In this document: in pieces, positions 52,414 through 62,849 of the stretch
How the letters are laid out: each line of letters opens with the position of its first letter
How positions within the stretch are numbered: position 1 is the first letter of the stretch
Source: Tubulanus polymorphus
Lineage: Eukaryota; Animalia; Nemertea
Reading direction: 5' to 3'
NCBI RefSeq assembly: GCF_964204645.1
Contig: NC_134030.1
Span: 15,190,110 to 15,254,109, forward strand
DNA length: 64,000 bases
Made by a program: the position numbers and the translations under genes
Notes under the pieces: model-generated
What the model saw: only the letters and a program-made list of their open reading frames with translations
The model's database searches: none
What the model was told of the DNA's origin: nothing

Positions 52414-53193
52414 TTGAATAAAATGTCGTGTGTATCGAGAAGTACTATTGATTCTCAGAGGACAACCGAAATAGAAGATGAACCAACCGAAATAGAAGAT
52501 GAACCAACCGAAATAGAAGATGAACCAACCGAAATGGAATATGAACCAACCGAAATGGGTGTTGAAGTAAAAGAATCTTTCGATATAGAAGATGAAACGT
52601 TAGAAGAAGTTAAAAAACATTTATATTACCATCAAGAAATGACATTAATTTTAGAAAAAATTATAGAAAACCAGCAATCAAGCGTAACATCATTACCGAA
52701 AAGACCAACAACCAATGTAGAAATATTGTTAAGACTAAAAGGAACAAAAACTAAAAAGAAAATGAGCGGAAATGAGTTAAATAAGTTTTTAAAATCAAAA
52801 TTATCAAATGAAAAAGATGTAAGTTTTAAAGAAATAGAAGTTATAACATCATTTAATGAAATAACTGTTTTATTGAAAAAAAATTATAGAACCTTGTTAT
52901 TCAAAAAAGCAAAGCATTTATGGGATTATATCATTTTCGGGGATTGTTTAAATAGGGGATTTTTAATGTTTAATAAACAAACTGCGGGGATTTCTTGGAC
53001 TTCTTGGGTTAAAAAATATATAGGTATTAGTGCTGGGCATGAAAGAAAATTAAGGAGCGTAGGGAGATTAATTACATATAAAAGATTCAAATTATTAAGT
53101 TTGTCATTTAGTGAAGTAATCAGATATATGCCAGAAATTGAAAAAATGCTTGTCAATGATCCAGAAATTGAAAAGTTCTGGTTGGAATTATAA
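52414..53193 (+). CDS. Hypothetical protein with acidic (TEIEDEP)n repeats
   Basis: Uninterrupted 259-aa ORF with a 21-bp coding repeat; first ATG at ~52423. Confidence 0.75.
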   Translation: MNKMSCVSRSTIDSQRTTEIEDEPTEIEDEPTEIEDEPTEMEYEPTEMGVEVKESFDIEDETLEEVKKHLYYHQEMTLILEKIIENQQSSVTSLPKRPTTNVEILLRLKGTKTKKKMSGNELNKFLKSKLSNEKDVSFKEIEVITSFNEITVLLKKNYRTLLFKKAKHLWDYIIFGDCLNRGFLMFNKQTAGISWTSWVKKYIGISAGHERKLRSVGRLITYKRFKLLSLSFSEVIRYMPEIEKMLVNDPEIEKFWLEL

Positions 53194-53618
53194 ATCAAAT
53201 TATGTACAACGACTGAACAACTTATATAATGTATTGTGTAAATCTGTTTGGTGAATTTTTATGTTCGGTCGTTTCTATTTCTAGAATGAATATATAATTA
53301 TGATTAGCGCATGCGCATTGATCAAAAGCGCGCACGAATGCGCGGTTTTACCTAATGTGAACACGTTTTGATATTTTCTGTGTTCGGTCGTTTCTATTTT
53401 ACAGAATTTACAGAATGAATATATAATTATGATTAACGCATGCGCATTAAGCAAAAGCGCGCATGAATGCGCGGTTTTGCCCAGTGGTATTATTTAGATA
53501 TCAAGGAATCGAAACAACTTATCAAAAGCAGCGAGGAATGAAAAAGGATGACGTTAGTCGGAGAAATGGAAGAGGATTCTAAAATATTAACCAATTTAGT
53601 AAAAAATACGTATAATAA

Positions 53619-54284
53619 ATGGAACCAGAACAACCACAAACTATCAATATTACAAATAACACTGGTGTTATAAATATATATTACAAGAAATGTTCTAAAT
53701 GTGAATTAGATAAATTAGCTTTAACAGAATTTAGTAAGCGTAAGATTAGCAAAGATGGTTTTCAATATTGTTGTAAAACTTGTTTTAAACTATATACCAA
53801 ACAATACCGAGAAGATAATAGAGAATCTTATAATGATTATATGACAGAATATATGAGAGAAAGATATCAAACAGATCTTAATTTTAGATTGAAACAATGT
53901 TTACGGTCTAGATTAACACAATTATTCAACAAAGAGACACATTCAGAAACACTATCTAATTTATTGGGTTGTTCAGATGAATTTCTCAAATCATGGATAA
54001 TATTTCAATTCGATGATAAAATGAATATAGATAATTACGGTGAATACTTTCATATTGATCACGTGTTACCAATATCTAAATTTAACATGAACGATGAATA
54101 CAATAAAAAACTTATTTGGAATTGGAAAAATTTAAGACCTTTAGAAAAGAAAGAAAATCAAATCAAATCTAATAAAATAGATTTACAGTTATATTTGAAT
54201 CAACTGGAAAAAGTAAAAAAATTTATTGAATTATGGAATTCAACACATAATAAACAATACGTTGAGTCTTTAATGAGTGGTTAA
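53619..54284 (+). CDS. HNH endonuclease with N-terminal Cys motif
   Basis: KKCSKC...CKTC; HIDHVLP...NLRPL...N..KSN, typical of phage/NCLDV HNH proteins. Confidence 0.85.
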   Translation: MEPEQPQTINITNNTGVINIYYKKCSKCELDKLALTEFSKRKISKDGFQYCCKTCFKLYTKQYREDNRESYNDYMTEYMRERYQTDLNFRLKQCLRSRLTQLFNKETHSETLSNLLGCSDEFLKSWIIFQFDDKMNIDNYGEYFHIDHVLPISKFNMNDEYNKKLIWNWKNLRPLEKKENQIKSNKIDLQLYLNQLEKVKKFIELWNSTHNKQYVESLMSG

Positions 54285-54531
54285 AGAATAATAGATTTTA
54301 AATAAAATATAATAAAAATTACATACCTTCAACTATCTATTATTTCTATTATATTTTTAATATTTTCTTTTCAAAAGATAATACTTTATATTTTGAATAG
54401 ATCCGAATAGAAATTCTTTAAATTCAAATAGCTAGTATCAGTAGTCAATACTAGAATTCTTTAGCTTTAACTAGCTAGTATCATTTGAAGAATACTTATA
54501 ATACTATTCTTATTAAATTTCTCTAATATAA

Positions 54532-55134
54532 ATGTCAAAGAAATCGAGTAAGAATAATATTGATATTGAAAAGACATTAGATGATTTAGGTATTAGTGAT
54601 AATAAAGATACAGTTGTTTCTAATTCTATTCAAGTTAATAACAATATAGATTATGAATACTACTTATATTGTAAGCATCATCTTGAATTATTAATTGCTG
54701 GTGGGAAATCTAAGGAGTTTTTAAATAGAATCATTACTTTTCAAGAACTAGATGCTATGAAACCCGATCAAGTAATAAAATATTTTAAGATTTATGAAGA
54801 GTCAAGATTAGCTAGAATAAATGATTCTATTTCTAATGGTATTGTCAAATGTTATTCAAAATTATGTAACCAGTTAATACCAATTGATGATGAAAATAAA
54901 TTATATAATGATTTGAAAAATGACTACTTAGTTATGACTGAATTACAAAAATGGGTTGGTTATGCTTCATTTCAATTAGGATCGGTTATGACATTGATTT
55001 CTACTGGAGTTATAACATTTTCGAATATCAAGCCTATGGAATATAAATCAGGTAAGAACGAAACAGATGTACTACAACAAAACGTTGAAACAGAAAATGA
55101 ATCAGAACAAAAATTAACTAAAATAAATGAGTGA
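54532..55134 (+). CDS. Hypothetical viral protein with a hydrophobic segment
   Basis: 200-aa ORF with TAAATG start. Confidence 0.8.
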   Translation: MSKKSSKNNIDIEKTLDDLGISDNKDTVVSNSIQVNNNIDYEYYLYCKHHLELLIAGGKSKEFLNRIITFQELDAMKPDQVIKYFKIYEESRLARINDSISNGIVKCYSKLCNQLIPIDDENKLYNDLKNDYLVMTELQKWVGYASFQLGSVMTLISTGVITFSNIKPMEYKSGKNETDVLQQNVETENESEQKLTKINE

Positions 55135-55486
55135 TGGTGTTAAGAAAAAGGCTAGATCTGAGAAACAAGTTAAATGGGCAAGAGAATTAGGTAAAAGATC
55201 ATCAGAATTAAAAAAAGCTAAGAAAAAGAAATTAACTGATATAAATGAATCTGATGGTATTGATTCAAATAATAATCCATCTAATTCTTCTAATGTTGGA
55301 AGTAATAATAAATTATATATTACAATTGGGTTAATCACAATTATTATATTATCCGGTGTAATATATAAATCAAAATTCAAATCTGATGATAAAGATGATT
55401 CCAATGACAATAAACCTATCATACCCGAAAATAAGTCAAATTATAAATCAAATGAAAATAAATCTAAAATATTATTAATGGATTAA
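55127..55486 (+). CDS. Small basic single-pass membrane protein
   Basis: Lys/Arg-rich N-terminus; LYITIGLITIIILSGVIY segment. Confidence 0.8.
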   Translation: MSDGVKKKARSEKQVKWARELGKRSSELKKAKKKKLTDINESDGIDSNNNPSNSSNVGSNNKLYITIGLITIIILSGVIYKSKFKSDDKDDSNDNKPIIPENKSNYKSNENKSKILLMD

Positions 55487-55489
55487 AAT

Positions 55490-56578
55490 ATGATGAAAAA
55501 AGAACAATATTTAAGAGATTTATATTATAACCCAGAAAGTGAAGTATCATATTCTAACGTTTCAGAATTATGGAATAAAATTAAATCTGATAATAGCAAT
55601 ATAAAATATAGTGAATTAAAATCATGGTTACAAAATCAACCCACATATCAAATTCATAAAAAGATGGATAAAAAATATTTAACAAGAAAAGTAATGGTTT
55701 CATATATCGATCAACAATGGCAAGCTGATTTAATTGATATGAAAAACTTAGAAGAATATAACAAAGGATATTTTTGGATACTAAATGTTATAGATATATT
55801 CAGTAGATACGCATGGAGTATCCCGATTAAAAATAAAACTGGAATAGAAGTTACAAATTCTTTCAAATTAATATTTAAAGAAGTTATTCCAGATAAAATA
55901 CAATTTGATGAAGGTAAGGAATTTTATAACAAACATTTTAAAAAACTATTAACTGATAACGATGTAGAATATTTTTCAACACATTCAGATAAAAAAGCAT
56001 CTGTTATAGAAAGATTTAATAAAACATTGAAAACTAGAATGTGGAAATATTTCACCGCTAATGAAACATATAAATATATCGATGTGTTAGATGATTTAGT
56101 TAAAGGTTATAATAATTCTAAACATAGTTCTATAAATATGAAACCTATAAAAGCTAGAAAAGAAGATAATTCAGAAATAGTTTGGAATAATTTATATGGC
56201 GCATTTGTTACACACGATTTTGGAGAACCTAAATTTAAAATAGGACAACATGTTAGAATATCTAAATATCGAAAAACATTTTATAAAGGTTATACCCCTA
56301 ATTTTACAGAAGAAATATTTAAAATTAAAAAGATAATATTAACTAAACCATTTGTTTATAAATTGTTTGATTTAAAAGATGAAGAAATATTAGGTTATTT
56401 CTATGAACAAGAATTATCACTTGTACCAAATCCAGATGAAATAGAATACAAAATAGAAAAGGTATTGAAAACAAAAACTCTTAAAGGAAAAAAGTATTCT
56501 TTGGTGAAATATAAAGGGTATGATGATAAATTTAATGAATGGATTTTATCTAGTAAAATTAAAAGAATAAATGAATAA
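55490..56578 (+). CDS. Retroviral-like (rve) integrase with C-terminal chromodomain
   Basis: Intact D-D-E in WQADLID, QFDEGKEF and VIERFNKTLK; chromodomain YKIEKVL...LVKYKGY...NEWI. Confidence 0.96.
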   Translation: MMKKEQYLRDLYYNPESEVSYSNVSELWNKIKSDNSNIKYSELKSWLQNQPTYQIHKKMDKKYLTRKVMVSYIDQQWQADLIDMKNLEEYNKGYFWILNVIDIFSRYAWSIPIKNKTGIEVTNSFKLIFKEVIPDKIQFDEGKEFYNKHFKKLLTDNDVEYFSTHSDKKASVIERFNKTLKTRMWKYFTANETYKYIDVLDDLVKGYNNSKHSSINMKPIKARKEDNSEIVWNNLYGAFVTHDFGEPKFKIGQHVRISKYRKTFYKGYTPNFTEEIFKIKKIILTKPFVYKLFDLKDEEILGYFYEQELSLVPNPDEIEYKIEKVLKTKTLKGKKYSLVKYKGYDDKFNEWILSSKIKRINE

Positions 56579-57185
56579 AGATTTATTTATATTTGAACCA
56601 CATAATATGTTAGTTACTGGAGTTACAAATTGTGGTAAAACACACTTCATATTATATTTATTAGAAACTATTTATAAAAATCATTTTGATAATATAATAT
56701 TATTCTGTCCTACTTATGAAATGAATGAAACGTATAATAGAGATATAGTTTTTAAAGATAAAAAGTTTATTATATTAAATTCTAAAACAGTGAAAGATAA
56801 TTTAGATAATTGTATAAAAATAGCAATTGATACTTATAAAGGATCAAATACATTATTCATTGTAGATGATTGCGCAAATTTACATGATTCTAAAATTAGA
56901 GAAAGTGAGTTATGTTATTTAGCTTTCTCTGGTAGACATTTTGGGATAACAACTTGGGTTTTAAATCAGAAATATAATTCAATTGTGAAAGATTTTAGAG
57001 AGAATATAAGATTTCTAGTTTTATTTTATAACAAAGATAGAAAATCTATGCAACAATCATTGGAAGAAAATCAAATTATACCTACTGAATTACATGATGA
57101 ATATATGAATAAATTAAAGAATAATAAAGGTTCAAAATTATTAATGAGATTACAATTTCCATATGAATACAAATTTATAAAATAA
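56571..57185 (+). CDS. A32/FtsK-like genome-packaging ATPase
   Basis: Walker A GVTNCGKT; Walker B LFIVDD; arginine finger GRH; sensor LNQ. Confidence 0.93.
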   Translation: MNKDLFIFEPHNMLVTGVTNCGKTHFILYLLETIYKNHFDNIILFCPTYEMNETYNRDIVFKDKKFIILNSKTVKDNLDNCIKIAIDTYKGSNTLFIVDDCANLHDSKIRESELCYLAFSGRHFGITTWVLNQKYNSIVKDFRENIRFLVLFYNKDRKSMQQSLEENQIIPTELHDEYMNKLKNNKGSKLLMRLQFPYEYKFIK

Positions 57186-57207
57186 CTATTTGTATACCTA
57201 TGTATTA

Positions 57208-57270
57208 GATACCCTAATACCCGATACCCTAATACCTGATACCCTAATACCTGTTACCCTATTAGATACC
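57208..57270. repeat. 15-bp tandem repeat (gataccctaatacc(c/t)) between the convergent gene blocks
   Basis: About four units directly visible. Confidence 0.9.
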
Positions 57271-57318
57271 TTAAATAATTTAAACCCTTTTTTTATTTAC
57301 TATTATTTTATATAATTT

Positions 57319-58299
57319 TCAACCTTTATTATTTTTGAGTGTTAGATAATCAATTTCTGAATCACTTTCACTATCAGACGGCTCTAACAACATATTTAAA
57401 TGCTCTACCGAATCTACATCAACATCTTTATAATTTTTTTTCACCTTTTTCACCTTTTTCGCCTTTTTATCCTTTTTTATCCTTTCTATCATATCATCCA
57501 AAGTTTCTTCTTTATGTTTCATAGAATCTTTAATATCAATATGTTTAACTGTAACTATATCATCATGTGGGTGTATGGCATCATTTTCATTATCATCTTT
57601 ATTAGTGTTTGCTCCTAATATTTCATTTACAGTGTTTGATCCTAATATTTCATTAGCATCGGTTAAATCTAATTCATCTTTATTAGGTGTTGCTAATAAT
57701 AAATCTTCATACATTTTTTCACCATTTACTTTTTTATTTGAAACAAATTTTGTAACATATCTAAATGGGTGTTCTATAAATTCTTTTTTACCAACACGTT
57801 CTATAACATTAGTAATATGTGAATTTGTATTCATATGTTTATTCCAATTTGATGGAGTGTTTGAAAATTCACCATTACAATAACCACAATAATTTCTATT
57901 TTCACTAACATCTAATATTATTACGTTATTAGATGTAGAAGGTATTACGTTATTAGATGTAGAAGGTATTACGTTATTAAATGTAGAAGGTATTACAGGT
58001 GTAGAAGGTATTATATTATTTGATGTAGAAGGTATTATATTATTTGATGTAGAAGGTATTACAGATGTAGAAGGTATTATATTATTTGATGTAGAAGGTA
58101 TTTCATTATTATCAATTACATTACTTAAATTATCAACAACACCACTTTTATTATTATCGATTTCTATCAGTTTAGTTTTATAATTTTTAAAAATAGGATC
58201 AAATATCAAAGCTATATTACAAGGTATTACATAATATAAACCATCATTATTTTCATGTGTATCGATGTACGGAATATGTTTATATACTTTACCTTCCAT
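57319..58299 (-). CDS. Hypothetical protein with (NN(I/V)IPSTS)n repeats and a C2H2-like finger
   Basis: 326-aa ORF; YCGYCNGEF...WNKHMNTNSH. Confidence 0.8.
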   Translation of the reverse strand: MEGKVYKHIPYIDTHENNDGLYYVIPCNIALIFDPIFKNYKTKLIEIDNNKSGVVDNLSNVIDNNEIPSTSNNIIPSTSVIPSTSNNIIPSTSNNIIPSTPVIPSTFNNVIPSTSNNVIPSTSNNVIILDVSENRNYCGYCNGEFSNTPSNWNKHMNTNSHITNVIERVGKKEFIEHPFRYVTKFVSNKKVNGEKMYEDLLLATPNKDELDLTDANEILGSNTVNEILGANTNKDDNENDAIHPHDDIVTVKHIDIKDSMKHKEETLDDMIERIKKDKKAKKVKKVKKNYKDVDVDSVEHLNMLLEPSDSESDSEIDYLTLKNNKG

Positions 58300-58331
58300 T
58301 TATTATATATATTTTTATTAAAGTTAAAATT

Positions 58332-59579
58332 TTAATACATAACACTATCTAATTGTGAATTTACAATATTTAATTGCGCGTCAGATATAATATAAATGTG
58401 CATTTTAAAATTTTTGATTCCTTTATTCTTTTTCATGAATAATTGTATTCCATCTTTAGTGTTTTGTAATTTTTTCCCAGAACCATGTAATGAATTATCC
58501 TCTGTTGTTCTAAAATCTAACCATAATGCATATTTATTACCGGTATAATAATCAATTTGATTAATGTTACAATTTTCAAATGATTTTATTTTTTCATTCA
58601 TAAAATGTTTTTTAATTTCTACCCATTGATCTATCATTCTCATTCCTTGACAAAATATTTTATTTGCTATACCTTCAATAGTTATTTCTACTTTTGTTAT
58701 TTCAGGATTATAATAATTATCAACATTTATTGCACCATTAGTATACGTTCCAATGGTAAAAAATATTAATATACCTTTAATAGATCTTCTTGGGAAGTTA
58801 ATATTCTCATTAATAATTTCATCATTTGCATTAATAGTTACAGTTTTAAATTTATCAATATAATCATATAATAATGAAAATCCTTGATTGTATTGAGTTT
58901 GAATTATACTTGAAATATTTTCATCAGTTACTGTATCATATTCTAAACATATATTCGATAATTTATAACTCATATCTTTATTAACGCTAGATAATACAAT
59001 TTCATTTACAGGTGCAAATGTTATCTCAAATATAATATCTTCTTGAATTGCGTATTTATATAAAGGTGCATTATTATTTATCAATTCAAAGTCTAATGGA
59101 ATTTTATATTTGCTTCCATATATACTTTTTATCAATTTATCTACATCATTAGTTAATATTGCGCTATTAGCTTCTGATCTTAATTTATTTTGGTTTTCTG
59201 ATTGAATACCCTGAAATATCATATTATTTCTATTTTCTTTAGTTAACCATAAATCTTTATAATGCATAAATAAATTATAATCATCTAATGAGAAAACTGT
59301 TTCCGGACCAATCTTTATTGTTAACTTTTTAATCAAATATCTTCCAACATTATCGACAACATAATTATTATTATTACCGATTACTTTTATATCGGCTGAT
59401 AAATAAATACTGTTTGGAACATAAAAAGTATTTTGTGTTAATCTAGGAATTCTAACATATAAAGTTTCATCGGGATTAATATTTGAAGGGTTATGAGTAA
59501 TTATATGATGTGATCTTTCTGCTTTAATAGCATTAGATATTCTAGAAATCTTAGAGGGACTTATATAACTCCCACTCAT
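58332..59579 (-). CDS. Probable double jelly-roll major capsid protein
   Basis: 415 aa, beta-strand-like alternation (LYVRIP, YLSADIKV, LTIKIG, IIFEITF, ICLEYD, ILIFF, ALWLDF); size and context next to the ATPase and integrase fit. Fold not verified. Confidence 0.8.
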   Translation of the reverse strand: MSGSYISPSKISRISNAIKAERSHHIITHNPSNINPDETLYVRIPRLTQNTFYVPNSIYLSADIKVIGNNNNYVVDNVGRYLIKKLTIKIGPETVFSLDDYNLFMHYKDLWLTKENRNNMIFQGIQSENQNKLRSEANSAILTNDVDKLIKSIYGSKYKIPLDFELINNNAPLYKYAIQEDIIFEITFAPVNEIVLSSVNKDMSYKLSNICLEYDTVTDENISSIIQTQYNQGFSLLYDYIDKFKTVTINANDEIINENINFPRRSIKGILIFFTIGTYTNGAINVDNYYNPEITKVEITIEGIANKIFCQGMRMIDQWVEIKKHFMNEKIKSFENCNINQIDYYTGNKYALWLDFRTTEDNSLHGSGKKLQNTKDGIQLFMKKNKGIKNFKMHIYIISDAQLNIVNSQLDSVMY

Positions 59580-59600
59580 TTATTTAACAAAAAAAATTAA

Positions 59601-61061
59601 TTATTTATTTTTTATCATATTTACTAAACCAAAAATAATAGCACTTACAACTGTAATTAAAAATAAAATAATATGTTCAGCAGCAAAGTTAATAATGTTT
59701 CCTGCAGATTTCAATATAAAACCAACAATTGAAGCAATAACTCCTGGCAATGCTGCAGCAGATTTTTTAGATAGTTCCCATAAATATTTTGCTAATTTCT
59801 TTAAACCATCTTTAACTTTATCTTGTATAGAATTATTGCTTGGAGGTTTATCTGGTTTATTAGGAGTGGGAGTAGGAGTAGATTTTAAAGCATTTGATAT
59901 AGCTAAACCTATTGTTGTAAATACCATAGTTACAGCTGTTAGAATTGAAAGAATTGTTATTCCTTCAAACTTAAATAATAATTTTATTCTATCTTTTAAT
60001 GATATGTCAGAATTTGGTTTTAGTATTAACTCTTTAACAACAACTTTTAATCTATTAATACAATAATCATATGATTTTAATAATAATTTCATTTTTTCTT
60101 TCTGAAATTCTATGTTATATTCTAAATCATTAATTTCTTTTTCTAAATATGCATTTCTTTTTTTAAATTCAATTTCTTCAATAACTTTAAATTCTCTATC
60201 TAATTTTAATTGTTCTAATTCTTTTCTGGTGTCAAATAATTTATTTTCTAAAGGTTTAATTTTATTATATCTAATATGTTTTTCGCGAGCAATTTTATCG
60301 GCATCATTTCGTATACTTATTATTTCTCTAATTGTTTTTTTAGAAAACATACTTAAAGCTTCTATTTCTTGATCTGTTGCATCAAGTAATCCATTCGGTA
60401 AAAGTTTTTCAGTTTGAACTTCAGTGTTTGATTTAAGTTTACTAGTTTTGGAAGTTTTATTCTGTTTAGAAGTTGTTTCTATTTCCGATTTCTTTTTGAT
60501 TATTTTAAATAAGTCATTAATTCTTTGTTTAAATACTATTATATAATTATTTATTTCTTCTTGTGTTACATCAGTTATAACATCATTATTGATTTTCTTA
60601 ATTCTATATGGTTCTAACTTAAGCAAAGTTGATTTCGCTAATATTTTAGTTAGTATTGTTGTTTGATTAGTGATATCAATATAATAATCATAGGATAAAT
60701 GATAATAATATTCACCATCTAAAAACTTTAAATCTTCTGCTAAAAGTCTGGCGCCTTCGTCATTTATATTATATTCAGATTTTTTAAAATCATATTTAAT
60801 CTTACCTAAAAATCTAATTTTTTCTAAATTTTCTCTTTCTAAATCTGGGTCTAAATTTTCAGGATTTATTCTCGATCTAGTTCTTCTATCAAATTCATCT
60901 GTTGATGGGGTTTTATAACCTCTATCTGCTAAATTAGAATTATAAGCTGATTCATTACCATCATCATTAAAACTTGTTTCATTTAAATTAGGTTTTTGTT
61001 CTTCAGTTATGCTGGGTTTATCAAAAGTATCCATTCCAATATCTTCTACACCTTCTGCCAT
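59601..61061 (-). CDS. Coiled-coil protein with C-terminal hydrophobic helices
   Basis: 486 aa; long E/K/L heptad region, then GITILSILTAVTMVFTTIGLAI, a Pro linker, and two further hydrophobic segments. Confidence 0.8.
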   Translation of the reverse strand: MAEGVEDIGMDTFDKPSITEEQKPNLNETSFNDDGNESAYNSNLADRGYKTPSTDEFDRRTRSRINPENLDPDLERENLEKIRFLGKIKYDFKKSEYNINDEGARLLAEDLKFLDGEYYYHLSYDYYIDITNQTTILTKILAKSTLLKLEPYRIKKINNDVITDVTQEEINNYIIVFKQRINDLFKIIKKKSEIETTSKQNKTSKTSKLKSNTEVQTEKLLPNGLLDATDQEIEALSMFSKKTIREIISIRNDADKIAREKHIRYNKIKPLENKLFDTRKELEQLKLDREFKVIEEIEFKKRNAYLEKEINDLEYNIEFQKEKMKLLLKSYDYCINRLKVVVKELILKPNSDISLKDRIKLLFKFEGITILSILTAVTMVFTTIGLAISNALKSTPTPTPNKPDKPPSNNSIQDKVKDGLKKLAKYLWELSKKSAAALPGVIASIVGFILKSAGNIINFAAEHIILFLITVVSAIIFGLVNMIKNK

Positions 61062-61083
61062 TTACATAATAAAAAAATTAAAA

Positions 61084-62379
61084 TTAAAAATATAATATTC
61101 CTCCGATTACAATTCCTATACAAGTTATAGCTAATTTAGTATTTTCATGGGATTTATTATCATCATTTAGTTTAATTATATCATGTTGAATTTTATCAGT
61201 TCTATTATTTTCTGATGTATTGTAATCTTTTATTTTAGAATCATTATTTAATTTAATATTCTTAGTTTTAGTTTCTGTTGATTGAATATGTTTTTTATTT
61301 TTTTCACCTTCCATTAATTTTGGAGCAGTAATAATCTTTTTATTTATATCATTTAATCCAAATGAATTATTTATTGTTGCAGTTTTAATTAGATTATTAT
61401 AACCAATTATATTTCCCATCTTTAATACTAAATCATTAGAAATAATTAATAGATTAGGGCCTATACAATAATTTAGTCTTACATGAGATTTATCTAAATA
61501 ATTTTGATATCTTATAATGTTTTCTGGAATCGATCTATTTTTATCATCATGTATGGAATCTTCAAATAAAACTTTAAACTGTTTCTGCGCATCGAATGAA
61601 GTGTTATCATTTCCAATTATTGGGGATCTTGTTTCAACTTGCGCACCTAGAATACATATCAAATAAGTTCTAATAGATTGATTTATTCTTTGTATTCCAG
61701 CTTTAGTAAAACCTTCACTATTTTCTAAAATGAAATTAACCCAACCATTATTATTATCAATTTTATAATTATGATAAGCTCCAATTCTATGCATATAATC
61801 AATTCTTTTTATTTCATACTGTTCACCAACACCTTGCAATTTACCATGCGCTCTAAAATCGGAATTAATATTTATATTAAATTCATTACATATTTTATAA
61901 AACTTGGATATATTAATATTATTATCTAATTCTTTAAAATATTTAGACCCGGGTAAAGGACATTCTAATTCATTTAATATTATTCTGATTTGAAAATATG
62001 AGTGAAATCTAAATATTGTGTGAATTAATTTTAAATCAGAATACTTCAAATTTTTATCTAAGTTATTTAAATGATCATTCCAACTTATTCCACATCCTGT
62101 TGTTGCACAATAAACAGCAAAATCTAATTGGTTCTGCCAATACTTCATATTAGATTTTACTTTATATTTATGATATTCATCTCGAGTAAAAGTAACTTCA
62201 TATGTATTAAATATATTTTCCATTTTAGAAATAAAAAACTGTGATTCATTAACATAAATTTCTAAATTAGTTAATGAATTTAAAACTATATTTTTATATG
62301 TAATATTTTTCTTAAAATCTATTGCTGGAATATTATATTTAATTGATTTATTATATTGGAAAGCTTTTGGAAACCCCAT
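61084..62379 (-). CDS. Hypothetical viral protein with C-terminal membrane anchor
   Basis: 431 aa; ends LAITCIGIVIGGILYF. Confidence 0.8.
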   Translation of the reverse strand: MGFPKAFQYNKSIKYNIPAIDFKKNITYKNIVLNSLTNLEIYVNESQFFISKMENIFNTYEVTFTRDEYHKYKVKSNMKYWQNQLDFAVYCATTGCGISWNDHLNNLDKNLKYSDLKLIHTIFRFHSYFQIRIILNELECPLPGSKYFKELDNNINISKFYKICNEFNININSDFRAHGKLQGVGEQYEIKRIDYMHRIGAYHNYKIDNNNGWVNFILENSEGFTKAGIQRINQSIRTYLICILGAQVETRSPIIGNDNTSFDAQKQFKVLFEDSIHDDKNRSIPENIIRYQNYLDKSHVRLNYCIGPNLLIISNDLVLKMGNIIGYNNLIKTATINNSFGLNDINKKIITAPKLMEGEKNKKHIQSTETKTKNIKLNNDSKIKDYNTSENNRTDKIQHDIIKLNDDNKSHENTKLAITCIGIVIGGILYF

Positions 62380-62395
62380 TTATATAACTAAAAAA

Positions 62396-62830
62396 TTAAT
62401 AATTAACTAATTCTTTTAATAATTTATCTTGTTCTTCAACTGTTATATGACCATTTAAACTTATTATATAATCTAGTGTGTTCTTTAATTTATTAATTTC
62501 TTTTATATTAGTTTTAATTTTTTCTTTATTACTTTTTATATTTAATTTTGAACTTATACCAGTTAAAACACTTGAACTTAATCCTAACACACCAATTGAT
62601 ATAGCTAAAGGTGTTAATGGACTGAATATTGCTAGAAATGTTATTACAGAACTAATTGTAACCGAACCACTTATAATCAAATAATATATAATTTTACTTT
62701 TTAGATATTTTTTCTTTTTTATCTTTAAGTCACTTTCAAATTCTAATATTTGTTTTTCTAAATATGTTTTTAATTTAGTTTTATTTATATCATGAGGAAT
62801 AATATCAATACTATCAACTTTATCTTCCAT
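62396..62830 (-). CDS. Two-TM membrane protein
   Basis: 144 aa; central hydrophobic hairpin flanked by basic helices. Confidence 0.8.
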   Translation of the reverse strand: MEDKVDSIDIIPHDINKTKLKTYLEKQILEFESDLKIKKKKYLKSKIIYYLIISGSVTISSVITFLAIFSPLTPLAISIGVLGLSSSVLTGISSKLNIKSNKEKIKTNIKEINKLKNTLDYIISLNGHITVEEQDKLLKELVNY

Positions 62831-62849
62831 TTATTTAGAATAAAAATTA

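Noticed and set aside
59695-60372. Plus-strand ORFs within the viral late block (similar antisense ORFs at 57339-57883, 55114-55422, 52926-53198)
   Set aside because: Antisense shadows of longer ORFs, with no promoter motif or recognisable domain.
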